Source: the human T2T-CHM13v2.0 reference genome, Homo sapiens
Assembly: GCF_009914755.1 (NCBI RefSeq)
Contig: NC_060932.1
Strand: one strand, 5' to 3'
DNA: 64,000 nt
Below, piece after piece: positions 45,194 through 62,263 of this stretch. Under the pieces are notes generated by a model that was not told where the DNA came from, did not search any database, and worked only from the letters and a program-made list of their open reading frames with translations. The translations under genes and the position numbers were made by a program. Each line of letters opens with the position of its first letter. Positions within the stretch are counted from its first letter, which is position 1.

Positions 45194-45393
45194 GCCTGTC
45201 TTTACCGAAAAGTCTTCTCCTGCACTTCTAGGCTAAGATAATTACACTTCTCTATTCCCATAGCTTCCTCCAGTTATTACTATCACTACTTACCTTAGCA
45301 TATTGAAATTATTTTATGTATTTATCTCCTTCAATCTGCTCCTTAACAGCAAAGACCACATTTTATACCACATCTTTACATTCATCAGGCTTA

Positions 45394-45843
<450 letters not shown>

Positions 45844-46277
45844 TTAAACTTAACCTGATAACTTAAAAGTTGATCTACAACTCAGATCTCTCCCCTAGGC
45901 TTGTGTCATGTTATAAACTACTATCAACCAAACATCTTTACTCTGGTGTCCCATATGCACTCAAACTCAATATAACCATAAGTCCATTTTTCCTCAACCC
46001 ATTTATGTCGAATGTGCTTATTTTCTCATACTGCCATTTTTGGTGAACAGATCCAACTTCTCAAAATCATGTCATTAGAAACCTCAGAATCATCCTAAAT
46101 GCCTTCCTTTCTCTCATTCCTCACACCCAAACATTTATGAAGTCCTGTTAATTTACTGAGATCTAAGCTTTCCATATTCAGTGCCTCAGGTTCAAACCCT
46201 TACTTCTTCAAACCTGTGCTAAGGCAACAGTTTATTAACAGTCTCACTGCCTGCAGTTCTGAATCCCAGAAATCTAC

Positions 46278-46573
46278 TTTTTTTTTTTTTTGAGACAGAG
46301 TCTTGCTCTGTTGCCCAGGCTGAAGTGCAGTGGTGCCATCACCGCTTACTGCAAGCTCCGCCCCTTGAGTTCATGCCATTCTCCTGCCTCAGCCTCCCAA
46401 GTAGCTGGGACTACAGGCACCTGCCACTACGCCTGGCTGATTTTTTTGTATTTTTACTAGAGACGGGGTTTCACCATGTTAGCCAGGATGGTCTCAATCT
46501 CCTGACCTTGTGAACCGCCCGCCTCGGCCTCCCAAAGTGCTGGGATTACAGGCGTGAGCCACCGCAGCCAGCC
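46278..46573 (-). mobile_element. AluY
   Basis: Reverse AluY (gcaagctccgcc, atgccattctcc). Confidence 0.9.
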
Positions 46574-46677
46574 ACAACCTACTTTTCAATATGCCAATCA
46601 GAGTAGAATGATTTCTCTGAAATGCAACAACAATTTCACTCCTTTGCTTGGCATTCTACTGTCTACAATAGAAGGTG

Positions 46678-46790
46678 GGGCGCTTGAACATGGGAGGCAG
46701 AGTTTGCAGTGAGGCGGGATCGCGCCACTGCACTCTAGCTTGGCAACTGAGTGAGACTCTGTCTCAAAGAAAACAAAACAAAACAAAAAA
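46678..46790 (+). mobile_element. Alu 3' fragment
   Basis: cgcttgaac...gagactctgtctcaaa. Confidence 0.8.
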
Positions 46791-47359
46791 AGGTCTTCAA
46801 TGATCTCATCCTTGCTTTCTTTGCCAAACTGTATTCCCACAGTCATACTGAACTCCCTGCAGTTCCCTAAGTGCAGACATGCTTCCTTATACCTCTCTAT
46901 GCTCATACAATTAGTTCTGCCACAGCATGTTCCTATAATTCTATGGCAAACTCATCTAGTGATCTTCCAAGCCTGAAGTCCAGAGTGATTCCTCTATAAA
47001 GCTGTTCCTGACCCATGACCCTACCCTAGTACTCCTGAAAAGAACTTATCAATTATTCTTCCTTTGGGTTTCCATCAATTTCATATATGTCTACCATAGC
47101 GCCTATTTATCAATTCTAACATCTATTTACTGCAAATCTGCCTTCCCCCAAGAGATTACAAGCTGTTGAAGGTAGGAACCACATATGTGTTCCCTAGTTT
47201 CCCTAGTGCCTAATACAATTTTAAGACACACTTAAGATGTTCAATAAATGTTTGTTAAATAAAATAGTGAAGACTAAAAAGTATTTACATTAGCTTTTAA
47301 TCCCATGGTAAAACTGGAGTTCACAGTAACACAATTTAAAATACAAAACATTAGGTTAA

Positions 47360-47710
<351 letters not shown>

Positions 47711-47818
47711 TAACAGAAAATGGCTAATGGGCATACCCCATATACTTAAACTATCATCAACAAATTATAATGAGTGCTTACACCTTTTAAATAATACACA
47801 TTATTCCTAAGGGCAAAG

Positions 47819-47889
47819 CAAAGGTTGTTTTTAATGCTTTCTCATCTCATCACTTCAAAGGTTGTTTTTAATACTTTCTCATCTCACCA
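47819..47889. repeat. 37-bp tandem duplication
   Basis: caaaggttgtttttaatrctttctcatctcayca at 47819 and 47856. Confidence 0.92.
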
Positions 47890-48373
47890 GTCTGCACCTT
47901 CCTATCTATTGTCTCCTTACAACCTCATGCTATGCTTACATTACATAAAGGAGCCTCTATCAGGCCTGTCCCAGTCCTACCATGTCCCATAATGCCCCAT
48001 GTTCCAAAATTAATCCATTCTCTCCCATCATTTCAGTCAAGTTTCCCATTCTCTCAGTGGGACAAAACTCAGCTAGATGTTGAAGGCAAGAAAGCTCTCT
48101 CCAAAAATCTAAGGACAGTACCAACATATGAATAACTAATACGTCTAATATTCCCAAAGGTTATCTGCAAATAAATACTAGTAACAAACATAAATAAATA
48201 TTGAATTATTATGAAGGAAGACTTTTGAGAAATTTCCCAATGGGCAAAGAAGGGAAGGAAGACAGAAGTGCATCTACTCAGGACTAAAAAAGTTTTAATC
48301 AAGTTATAATGGAATAAGCACAAATTTTAGCTAATTTCAGGAAAGCACTTATGAATATGAAATATGAGAAAAA

Positions 48374-48700
48374 GGCTGGGCGCAGTGGCTCATGCCTGTA
48401 ATCCCACCACTTTGGAATCCCAAAGGGATTACAGGCCGAGGCGGGCAGATCACTTGAGGTCAGGAGTTCAAGACCAGCTTGGCCAACATGGTAAAACCCC
48501 TTCTCTACTAAAAATATAAAAATTAGCCAGGCATGGTGGCATGCACATGTAGTCCCAGCTACTTAGGAGGCTGAGGTAGGAGAATCACTTGAACCTGGAG
48601 ATGGAGGGTGCAGTGAGCTGAGATTGTGCCACTGCACTCTAGCCTGGTTGACAGAGTGAAACTCCATCTCAAAAAATAAAAAAAGAAATAAAAGAAAAAG
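48374..48700 (+). mobile_element. AluSx-like with inverted templated insertion
   Basis: Dimer; extra sequence at ~48416-48433. Confidence 0.9.
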
Positions 48701-49119
48701 AACATCTATGACTCACAGTACTGTTTTGTGACTCAAATATGAAATACAGGAAAATAACTGATAAATGGCAGTTTCCATATAATTGAAAAGAACTTGGTAT
48801 CCATCTCTAGAAAGGATGTAAACCGAAGTATCTGCAAGAGTAAATCTATACTGGTTAACACCGGGCTTTCTACAAACATTAAAACAACCTATACTCTTGA
48901 ATTAGCTTTCCATACCTTTTCTGGATGTGTTGAGAAGGCCTAAATGGATACATACATGAAAATGAGATCTGAAACCTTACACACCTTTCTTAACTTAGGT
49001 TTCTTTTTTGTGATGAAGCTAAGGCTTGTGTTTTAGAAAATAACAGCAACCAATTAGGTTCTCTCAAAAATACTTTTTATTTCTTATATAATACTTAAGA
49101 TTACCAAAGACATAAATTA

Positions 49120-49325
49120 CAGTAAGTCCTCACTTAACATTGTTGTTCTTGGAAACTGTGATTTTAAGCAAAATTATGTATAACAAAATCAATTTTTTCT
49201 AATCAACCTTATAATGACATGATGTTTAACTAACCAATGTTATTCAAGGACCTGCTGTATGTCATTTCACTTAAAGTCACAGTTTCCAAGAACCTATATC
49301 AATGACATTAAGTCAGGATTTACTG
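49120..49325. mobile_element. Tigger-family MITE (MER6-like)
   Basis: Long TIRs cagtaagtcctcacttaac...ttcttggaaactgtga / tcacagtttccaagaac...ttaagtcaggatttactg, TA flanks. Confidence 0.75.
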
Positions 49326-49792
49326 TATAAATATTTCCTAGTCAAAATCCTATGTCAGGCCAGTTATTCTTTCATTTTGAGAAATCAAAGTGAGAAAGGT
49401 CTTGACTTGAAGAACAAAACAATTTCCTTCCTATTATTAGAAGCTAATTGGGTAATAAAGCCCAAAGTACAATCAACATCTAATACCCTAGTTAGGCATA
49501 CTCCAAGCAATATCAAAAACATTTAAATTATCCCTGTGTTCACTATGAGGTTGACTTGCTTGTAAATAAATATGACTATTATTCAATTATCTATATTTGA
49601 TGTCAGCAACCTTCTTCCTTGATTTTATTTTTCTACTTCAATAAGCCCACTACTTATACTTGTGTGTATGTTTTCTTTTTCCTCTTACTCTATATTTAAA
49701 TACCACATGCTTGAGAAAGAAGATAAATAGGTAATATTTTTGCATTTGTAGAAGTTCTTCAGAAGCATACAGACTCCTCGATGACGTACGTC

Positions 49793-50117
<325 letters not shown>

Positions 50118-51416
50118 TGAATATTTTATAGTAGTTCTACCACAAGACAGTAAAACGTGTTACTTGGTATGATTATATTTGTCAAAATTTCCTTGTATTT
50201 GCAACACTTTTTCCCTGTATACCTACACATATTTGTTCTAAGAAAAGTACTATATAATCTGCTTTTTCCAATCATTCATCTTCCCATTTCAGTAAGTATA
50301 TTTCAAGCACATCACTACATAGTACTTTGTAACATTCCCTTGTATTAACACAACATCATTTAATCAATCCTATATTGTTGACTACTTGAGTTATTTTCAT
50401 TTTATTAATTATAAACAGCAAAATGATGAATACACTTGTACATATATCTTTGTAACACATTTCTCATTGTTTTCTAACAATATTCTAGAAGAATTTGAAA
50501 TAGAGGGGGTGAAAGAAAGGGGTGGAGAGATGAGGGAGATAAAGAAGGGAACAAGGGAAAAAGATGACAGAGAGGTGAGATAAGACATTTTTTTAAAAAA
50601 GATATAAAAGAGAATGCCTATGTTTATTAGCAGAGTTGCTGTTTTATCATTTTCAGCAAATTCCTATTAAATGTACCTAGGCTGAAACTGTTATAATTTT
50701 TTTTTCCTTAAATAGCCATGGGTGCTACTAATTCTTTACAGTCTTAACAAACTGAACTATTCTTCTGGAAGCTTATTTTCTCTGCCTGGATATTTACAAG
50801 ATTAATTTTTTATCTTTAATATTAAAAAATATTGCTAGACTGAGATTTGTAAGTCTTTTTACATCGAGTATTTTTCTTCCTAGAATATAGCAGTTTGCAC
50901 ACACAAGTATTTTTTAGTGCAGAAGTTTTCTCCAGCATCTCTCTGATTATTGTTTTGCCAGCAATTTCTAGTTTTTGTTTTATGCTTCAGAAAATGAGTT
51001 ATCCATATGTTACACAGCTTTATGTTCCCTGTCCTCCATATCTAGCTCTTCTCTCTCATCCTTTTAGCTTTTCATTCCTCCTGGGATCTAGCAATAAACT
51101 TCCACCTATCACTGTTCTACCATGTAGTGAATTTTCCCTCATTTCTGCAACATAGTGGTCATTTGTAAGGATACATCAAGAGTTGTAAACTAAATGTGTA
51201 TTTGTATTTCAGCTTACCCTCTGATTATTTTTAAACTGTTTGAATTGAGTTAAAATGTCTTTATAAATCAAGAATGTTTTCATAAATCAATGCTGACAGA
51301 GATTCTGAGGGTTTGAAAAGAAGGAGAAAGAAGGAGAATCCGGTAGGAAATTAACGTAAATGGGTCAAAAAAAGGAATGGAAATACTGTGGTAATTTTTT
51401 AAAATAAAAAATTCAG

Positions 51417-51721
<305 letters not shown>

Positions 51722-51743
51722 TCAGGATAAAAATAAGAATTTA

Positions 51744-52075
<332 letters not shown>

Positions 52076-53730
52076 CTAGAAAAAAAGCAAATATTCTTAA
52101 GAACATTTAATTTCCAAACTCAAAAAAAAAATTTTTGTTTTCTTATACACTTTCTGAAAAGCCAAATTATTAACAGTGACTATCTTAGACAAAATATTTA
52201 GGGACATTAATTTACTAAATCAATAAAACCTTTACATTAAGAAGTTTTAGTCAAGCTAACTAGTGAGATATATCTTACACAGAACAGCATTAGGCATGCA
52301 TGAGCAGCAAAACCAAACAAAGCTTATTTGCTATTAATGAAAGATTATATTATTTTTACAAATGTTAAGGATAGAAAGCTTCAATGAGACTGAATTGGTA
52401 GAAACCATTTAGGGGAGTGCTAAAAATAAAAAAAAACAAAGGCTACTCAATTTAATAACACAAAACTGAAAACTACTTAGTAAAAATAAATATAATTTTA
52501 ACTTAGTGATAAAACAGAAAAAGATTAGCAAATCTTTCTTAAAGATATTTTTCATTCAAACCAAGAAAAAGCAATCAAACAAAAAGAACTATAATAGTGA
52601 CAATTTTGAGAACCTAACATTTTCTTAGAGAAACCATAATTTTGCATATTAATTACCTACTAAAGGGTGCTTTTTGAAATGTAAAAGAAAATTAAGAATT
52701 GAGAAATATTTAACTATTTCATAAGGAAAACAATTCAATAAAGGTAGCCATATATACAAGTTTAAGAGAGTATATGTTGGCATACTCATTGACTTTTTAA
52801 GGAAAGAATGTGTACATATTACAAACAAAAGAACCTTTCCTTCTACTTTACCACTCAAGGAATCTTCTATAACAGTCATAAAAATGGGGATTGAGGGTAG
52901 AAACAAAAAGAACAAAATACCTTCACTTCATTTATTCAAACACACAGATTCATCATTGCAGTTAGTAAAAAAAACACATTCTAATAATATAACTTTATTT
53001 CTGCCTTTGTATCTTCTAGCAAGATAACTATAGACACAGAGCTGTTATTTACTATAAAAAATTTTTTCTCTAATAATTGTAAAAACTCATTTTTGGACAC
53101 TGGTGTATACTATAAAATCTTAACTACTGACTATTAACTAGTATCAAACAACCTACACCTTATTTTTACTCTTCATCTTTGCAGAAGATGCACATGGTTC
53201 CATTCTTATTTCTAAAGATCAAAGCACATCAGAAATTACACATAAGCTTTGCTTGTCACTGCATTAAACATTGTTGCTTTCTGATACTGCATTAAACAAA
53301 CACATTCTCAATTATCAGGTAAAAAGTAAAACTTAGGGAATGGAAGCATGGGGACCCAACAAATTGGATGAAACAAAATAATCAACTACTTCCCAACTAT
53401 AACACTTTTTATCTAATGTATAAGAAGAGAAGGCAAGAAAATCTGATTAAGTAACATGTTAATAAGATGTTAAGAATGAGCATTAGAAAACTTAAAAGAA
53501 AATCCTTAAGTTATTTGGAAAAAGAAGTAATATTATTAAAAAAAAATTAAGAAACAACGAAGACTAGTCAATCTTACCAGATACCACATTAAGTACTATA
53601 CTAATACAAATTGAAAATGACTGATGGAATATGATGTGATGTTTTAAAATTACTTAGTAACTGCTATTAAAACACCCATCGATTCAGAGAAACAAAATGA
53701 ACTTTTAAAATACATACTTATTATATACCC

Positions 53731-54087
53731 TGCTATGGTCTGTATGTTTGTGTCCTCCCAAAAAAATCACATGTTGAAACCTGATTCCCAGTGTGATGGA
53801 ATTAAGAGGTGGGGCCTTCAGGAGGTGACTAGGTCATACGGGTGGAGCGCTCATGAATGGAATTAGTGCCCTTATAAAAGAGGTGTATTTCACTCTTCTA
53901 CCATGTGACAACACAACTAGAAGGTGCTGTCTATAAGGAACCAGCCATCACCAGATATGGAATCTGTCAGCACCTTGATCTTTGAATTCCCAGTGAGAAA
54001 TAAAGAACTGTGAGAAATAAATTTCTGTTGTCCATAAGCCACCCAGTTTACAGTATTCTGTTATAGTAGCTTAAACAGACTAAGATA
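53731..54087 (+). mobile_element. MaLR LTR (MSTD/MLT1A-like)
   Basis: tgctatggtctgtatgtttgtgtcctccc ... aacagactaagata; flanking 5-mers taccc and tactc form an imperfect TSD. Confidence 0.8.
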
Positions 54088-55289
54088 TACTCTAATAACC
54101 CTCAAGAAAAAAAGGATGAAAAATATCAAATTCATAGAAAATGAAAGTACAGATATCCTAACTATAAAGAGGAATTTTTATGTCTTTGTTTTTCACTCTT
54201 AGAACAGAAAAAAAAAATGCAAAGGAAAGATGAAGTGATAAAACACTGATCAAAACCAATAAATCTAAAGACAGCAAATTCTCTGTCTTGTCCTCCTCAG
54301 TGCTCTGTTGTTTATTTGTACCTAGCACAGGTATACTATGTATGGCAACCTTGCCTTAAGGAACAGTCATGAATGACCACACTCTAATCCAACAATCAAA
54401 ATCTTAAGAGTTTATTTTAAACAGTTCTGCATATATAACAAACACTAAACAAACTCTGCAAGGGATTAATTTAAAAAAAAAATCTGTGCAGCAAAACTTA
54501 AATGTAACATGTCCCCAAACTCAAAAATATTTAAACAAATGACACACTGTTAAAATGCTAGGTAGGAAGACAACATAGATATATAGAAAATGCACATGAA
54601 ATATTGATGAGAGAACAGAAAATCATGACAATTACACAATAAGTACTTTTATATACTTACATATGAAGTCACTGAGATTTACAACTAGTTATTTTAAGAT
54701 AAAGTCTTATTGGTAATTTCACATAACATAACATTTTAATAAGATTTTGTTCTTGTATCAATTCTTAAAATGATTTGAAATGTTACAAAATATTAATATA
54801 AAAAGCAAATGAGAGTAGTTTTAAACGGTTAGGCATAGAAGCACAATAAAAGCTAACCTATCCTGAATCCCTGGGAGGTGTTACAGGGCACATTAAATTT
54901 CCAAATGGCTTAAATTACTGACACTTTACTTTAAAATTAAATCTTAGAAGATACATACACACGAATTTGCCTGACTTCTTAAGCAGAAAAGAGAATTAAA
55001 ATTATATTGTACACGACAGATTTGGGGATCCCATGATGAACACATGAATATTTACCCTGGAGATTCACTGAAATGTACATGGCAATATTTTCCTGTATTG
55101 CTGTTATTTCTATGTCTGTTCAGTATATGGCCCTTTTTCTCTTTTTGACAGTGCCTTTCTTTCTACAGTTGCCCTTCTTTTCCTTTTTGTATTGTTACTT
55201 ACAAACATGTAGTACTGTGATTAAAGGTGCAGCACAGGACTGACACATTAGGCCAAAAAGCAGAGTGCAACACAACTCCCAAGATGACT

Positions 55290-55480
55290 ATGTAGGCTCT
55301 AAGGTCATATTCGAATTCTGCCAAACACAAACTCATTTTCTTCATTTGCAAAATGCAGGTAATAACAGAACCTAAGCATATAGGGTTGTTCTGAGGACTA
55401 ACTGAGATAAAGTCAATGAAGTATTTAATTGGCACGGAAACTGGCATACAGTAAACACTCAATAAATGTTAGCTATTCTT
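55290..55480. mobile_element. MIR
   Basis: ttttcttcatttgcaaaatg...catagggttgttctgaggactaa...ctggcatacagtaaacactcaataaatgttagcta. Confidence 0.6.
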
Positions 55481-55514
55481 TTTCCTCCTATTATTGCCTT
55501 AAAAATTAAATACT

Positions 55515-55805
<291 letters not shown>

Positions 55806-56086
55806 TTTTTTTTTTTTTTTGAGACAGGGTTTCACTCTGTCACCCAGGCTGGAGTCCAGTGGTGGGATCACAGCTCACTGCAGCCTCAACCTTCTGGGCC
55901 ACCTCATCCTCCCAAGTAGCTTGTGCACACCACCACACCCAGTAATTTTTTTTTTTTAGTATTTTTTGTAGACACACGGTTTAGCCATGTTACCCAGGTT
56001 GGTATTGAACTCCTGGGATCAAGGGATCTCCCTGTCTTGGCCTCTTTAAGTGCTGGGATTTCAGGTGTGAGCCGCCACATCTGGCT
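55806..56086 (-). mobile_element. AluJ
   Basis: Reverse diverged dimer. Confidence 0.86.
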
Positions 56087-56165
56087 GTTCAATTTTTTGA
56101 AGAATATGCTTGTGCATGTCCATGCTCCCATGTATGTGTGTGTAGAATGAAGTTTTGGAAAAATA

Positions 56166-56829
<664 letters not shown>

Positions 56830-56859
56830 TACTTCAAAAAGTTAACAGTGTTTCAATGA

Positions 56860-57530
56860 AGTAACACTTCATCATAACAACTAGGATGGCTAAAAATAAA
56901 AAGGCAGTAACAAATATTGGTGAGAATTTGAAGAAACGGGAAGCCTCATACACTGCTGGTGGGTATGTAGGCTGGAAAAGAATTTAGCAGTTTCTTAAAA
57001 AGTTAAACATAAATTTATCAAGTGGCCCACCAATTCCCTTCCCAGTTTGTCTACCTAGGACAAATAACAGTTTACGTCCACACAAAGACTTATACACAAA
57101 TATTCATGGCAGTATTATTCATTCAACCCAAATATCCATCAACTGGTAAATGGATAAACAAAATATAGGATATCTAAACAATGGAATGCTATTCATCAAT
57201 AAAAGGAAATGAAGTGTGGATACAAACTTCATGAATGAACCTCAAAAACATACTGAAAGAAACCAGACACTAACGACCACCTGTGTATAACTGCATTTCA
57301 TGAAATGTCCAGAAAAGGCAACTCTAAAGACAGAAAATAGATTAGTGAATGCCAGAAGCTAGGGATGACAACAAGGGCACTACAGATTTTATTGAGGTAA
57401 TAGAAATGTTCTAAAACTGGATTTATGCTGATGGCTGCATAATTCAGTAAATTTACCAAAAATCATTACACTCAAAAAAAGTAAATACTATAGTATGTAA
57501 ATCATTTATCAGAAAGTTGTTTTTCAAAAA
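56860..57530 (+). mobile_element. L1MB/ME 3' end fragment
   Basis: ctcatacactgctggtggg; gtccacacaaagacttatacac; aatggaatgctattcatcaataaaaggaaatgaa; atgaacctcaaaaacat. Confidence 0.7.
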
Positions 57531-57573
57531 GTTAACAGTAGTTATTTATCTTCAGCTAAGAGTATCACGGTAA

Positions 57574-57876
<303 letters not shown>

Positions 57877-58218
57877 CCCGTATCACAGTAAATTTTATTG
57901 TTGTAGTTACACTTTTGAAAATGATTTGAAGGATTCGTTTATAAAAAATATCAAATTACCAAACTTACTGGAATTATAAAAGCATACAGACTGAGTAAAA
58001 GCCATAGAGATTCTCTTCTATATAAAGTGCTTGGCCTTCAAAATATGTACTTTGACTGCTTATATTTTTATTATTTCTTAGCAAAGTTCTGACAGATGAG
58101 GATTGTTAAACAGCTGATTAAATGAAGTCTCAATGTACACATTTTTGTTAAGAAAAATTAATAGCCTCACATGGCGTTTCCTAAAGACACGCCAGTGGTA
58201 ATATGAAATATTTTAAAG

Positions 58219-58521
58219 ATTTTCTTTTTTTTTTTTTGAGACGGACTCTCGCACTGTCTCTCGGGCTGGAGTGCAGTAGCACAATCTTGGCTCACTGCAA
58301 CCTCCGCCTTCCAGGTTCAAGCGATTCTCCTGCCTCAGCCTCCTAAATAGCTGGGATTACAGGCGCCCACTGCCACCACGCCCGGCTAACTTTTTGTATT
58401 TTTAGTAGAGACGGAGTTTCACTATGCTGGCCAGGCTGGTCTCGAACGCCTGACCTCATGATCCACCTGCCTCGGCCTCCCGAAGTGCTGGGATTACAGG
58501 CGTGAGCCACCGCGCCCGGCC
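58219..58521 (-). mobile_element. AluSg-like
   Basis: Reverse dimer; TSD attttaaagatttt. Confidence 0.92.
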
Positions 58522-58871
58522 ATTTTAAAGATTTTCAAAGACTTTTCTGAATGAAAAGATAACATAGGTTATATAAACAAATTTAGTTACATCAAGTCTA
58601 AGTCTAAGCAAAACAAAATATCAAAAGCAGAACACAAAACTTTTTAAATATTCTTAAATACTTGAGCCCAGACCTTTTAAGAAGCTTTTCAAGAGCCTCT
58701 ACTTATAACACACTAAAGCCTCAGAATAACTGCTTTCTAGATTCATGAAACAATCAGAGATGAGCCAAAGACAGGATCTGATTGTGTAAACATATGTACA
58801 GTAGACTCTGTAAGTGGAAACTTGAATAAAGAAATCAAAATGGGTCTGAAAAGTTAGGATAAAAGGGAACT

Positions 58872-59245
58872 TGCATTCATTTCCTAAGGCTGCCTTAATA
58901 AATTACCATAAATTTGGTGGCTTAAAACAACAGAAATTTCCTCTCATAGTTCTGGTGGCCCAAAATCTAAAATCAAGGTCACAGCAGAGCTATGCTACAT
59001 CCAAAGGGAAGAATCCCTCCTTGCCTCTTCCTACTTCTGGTGGCTTCTGGCATTCCATAGCATGTGGCAGCAGTAACTGATCTCGTCTCCATTTTCACAT
59101 GGACTTTTTCCTTTGTATGTGACTGTGTCCCTTCCTCTTCCTTAAAAGGACACCATTCACTGGATTTAGGGCCCACCTAAAGGCTCTAAGTTGAGGATCT
59201 CAACTTCACCTTGAGATCTTTCACTACATCCACAAAGTTCCTATT
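58872..59245 (-). mobile_element. MaLR LTR (MLT1B/C-like)
   Basis: tttcctaaggctgcc...ggtggcttaaaacaacagaaattt...ctcatagttctgg; ggatttagggcccacc. Confidence 0.75.
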
Positions 59246-59321
59246 CCAGGAAAAGAACCAGACAAGTGAAAGGCTCATTTCTTTGATAAAAAAACCTCCC
59301 TGCAAAAAACCTGACAAGGCA

Positions 59322-59711
<390 letters not shown>

Positions 59712-59759
59712 CTAAAATACATATAAAAGGCAGGATGAAAATGTTTTACTGTCTAAAAA

Positions 59760-60420
59760 TCTATTTCCCAAAGGCTTTTTCTATCCTAGTGTCCCCCATT
59801 GAGGTGAATGCCATCTTCCTCTACCCTGAAGCTCTGGCTACAAGACTGGATGCCATCCCCTCTGTTAACCAACCCATCAGCAAATCCTGTGGATTCCAAA
59901 ATATATTCCAAATGCACACAATTATCACCCTTTCCACCACCACCAACTTAGCCTAAGTCCCCATGGTCTCTGGCCACAGTGAGCCTTTAAAAACATAAAC
60001 ATGCTGTCACTAAAATCCCAAATCTGCCCACCCCCTCCCATCTTTCTCTCTGTCTCTCTCCCAGCCACACAAGCCTCCTTGCATCCTGAAACACACCAAG
60101 CACACATCCATCTTGCTATTTCCTGTTTCTATTTCATCCAAGTATCTGAAAGACTAAATCCCCCACTTATGTCACTTCTTTGCTCAAATGTCATCTCACA
60201 GATAGGACTTTCCTGACAACTCTAACTAAATCAGTACTCCCACCCTTTTCCCTTTAACCTTCTGAACTCTTTCTTCTGATGATATAAGGTTGTTACTATC
60301 ACCCTCACCCCACTAGAATGTGTGTTCTATGAAAGCATGTTTGGTTCACTGCTGTATACCCAGCAATGAAGTAGTATCTGGAACATATGAGGAGTTCAAC
60401 AAATATCTGATTGAAATATA
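59760..60420. mobile_element. L2 relic
   Basis: ccatcagcaaatcctgtgg; tgctcaaatgtcatctc; ccactagaatgt...ggttcactgctgtatacccagc. Confidence 0.55.
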
Positions 60421-62263
60421 TACCTAGTTCGGAATGGCAACAATAACTTACTCATGTATTTTTCCTTTTCAAATATCTTCCTTCCTCCATTATGTGAGGA
60501 ATATTATGACAAATATTTCCCCAAATTATTTCCCATTCACAATTTTCTCTCTAAGTTAAACCTTACCAAGAGACACAAATGAGTTACCTGCCCCTAGATG
60601 GGGTGGGAAAGAAAGCTAGTCAGCAAACAGTCCTCTGATCTCGATATTTCTACTGCTCCTTATTTCGGACTTTCTTCTCCTTCCCACACTATTAACACAT
60701 CTACTACTTTCCCCAAACCTGTGTTTAGAGAAACACAGGTTTGTGCACTGATTTCCCCAAACCTCTTCTAGAAGATGGTCTCACCAGTAGTTAGGGTTAT
60801 TGTACTTGTCTTTCTTTCCCCAGTGTCCCAAAGTAAGTTCCAAGGAACAACATATCCTAGGGGAGTTAACTGAGTTAGCAAACAATGAAAAAGGATCACA
60901 TAAATTCAGGAAGAACTTCATTAAACAAAATTGAGCAGGTGTCTTTCTTGGAGGACTTTTCAGAATCTTAACTATGTTCATGTGCATTATAAATTTCCCA
61001 AATGGAAACAGATTACACACTATAATCCAAACTTATTTTTTCAACCCAAACTTATTTTCTTCAAAGAGCTTCTCTAAGAACTTGTACTCTGCAACATTTA
61101 TTTCAGTCAACACTATTCTAGAGCAAGTGTCCTAAAAACAAATCTGAAATGTGAAAGAAAAGAACAAATACAAATAGGATCAATCTTTCGGTTATGTCAT
61201 TAATTATACTCTTTTCTTCTACCCATCTCAAAAATTCAGGTAGCCTGGCTTACTGAAAACACCTTTTACTTTAGATATCAAAGAAGGCTTAAACGGAGAT
61301 TTGTTAATGGATTTAAATTATAATTAAGGTGTTCACTGATGGCAGGATATTGTTTGGGGATAAATCATTTTTTCATAAATGGTGAAGAGTGATGAAAATT
61401 AATAGTTACCAAAAGTAGCATAAAACCAGGGCCCAAAGCATTCAAGTAATTTCCCCTCCACTGACGTATCTTTTTTATAACTCCACCAACAAAAATAAGG
61501 GTGGGATTAAAGGGGCAGAAGGAAGCAAGTTCTGAAAAGTTTGAGTCTCAATATTGTATCTCTGGATGAAACTATAATTACAGGTAATAGACTCTTATAT
61601 AAGAAAACTAAGTCAGCAGGATCACTTTATAATATGATGAACAATATAAATTCATACCCTGTCTGATGCAAAAATTACTTCCCTAACAATTTTGTCTCCA
61701 TTATTTTCCCATATACCTCCTGGGAACCCACCCTTATCACTGCCAGTATATGCCTCCCTTCCCTTTAAAACCTTCTTCTGGTCAGCTCTTCAACTTTTTC
61801 ACTCTTATTGTGTATCAGTGACAGTTTCCAACCTTGAACTCTTTCATCCTAACATTTGCAGAGTATCTTCATAGATACTCTTCATTCGATGTCAGAAAGC
61901 ATAAGCTGAACTAGTCACAACCCTAACATAAAAGAAACTCCTGAAACTTAGAGGCCTTACTGGAATAAGTCCCAACTGCACCCTCCCTAGCAGATAAACA
62001 ATGCTACCTTCAAGCCCAATCCCACAACAATCCTAAATTCTTTGAAACTAAAAATAGCTCAGCTGTTGTCTCATCTGCCAGCAGATGGCCAGACTATTTT
62101 TAAGTCAGGATTCTCGAGAGCAGGAATGGATCAGGCTAAGCTAGGGCAGCCTAGACTCCCTCTCTCTGCAGAGAGCTGTAGTAGGGCAGGTACCAAAAGA
62201 GGGCAACCTGGAGCTGTTCCTGGGCCTGTGGGCTTCTTATCAGTTGTAACAGTGTAACAGTGT

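Noticed and set aside
49120-49325. Large hairpin resembling a structured ncRNA
   Set aside because: Accounted for by the TIRs of a Tigger-type MITE with TA flanks.
55033-55071. ATGATGA...CTGA resembling C/D-box snoRNA boxes
   Set aside because: Only 39 nt, no convincing terminal stem, and on the strand opposite to the host transcript.
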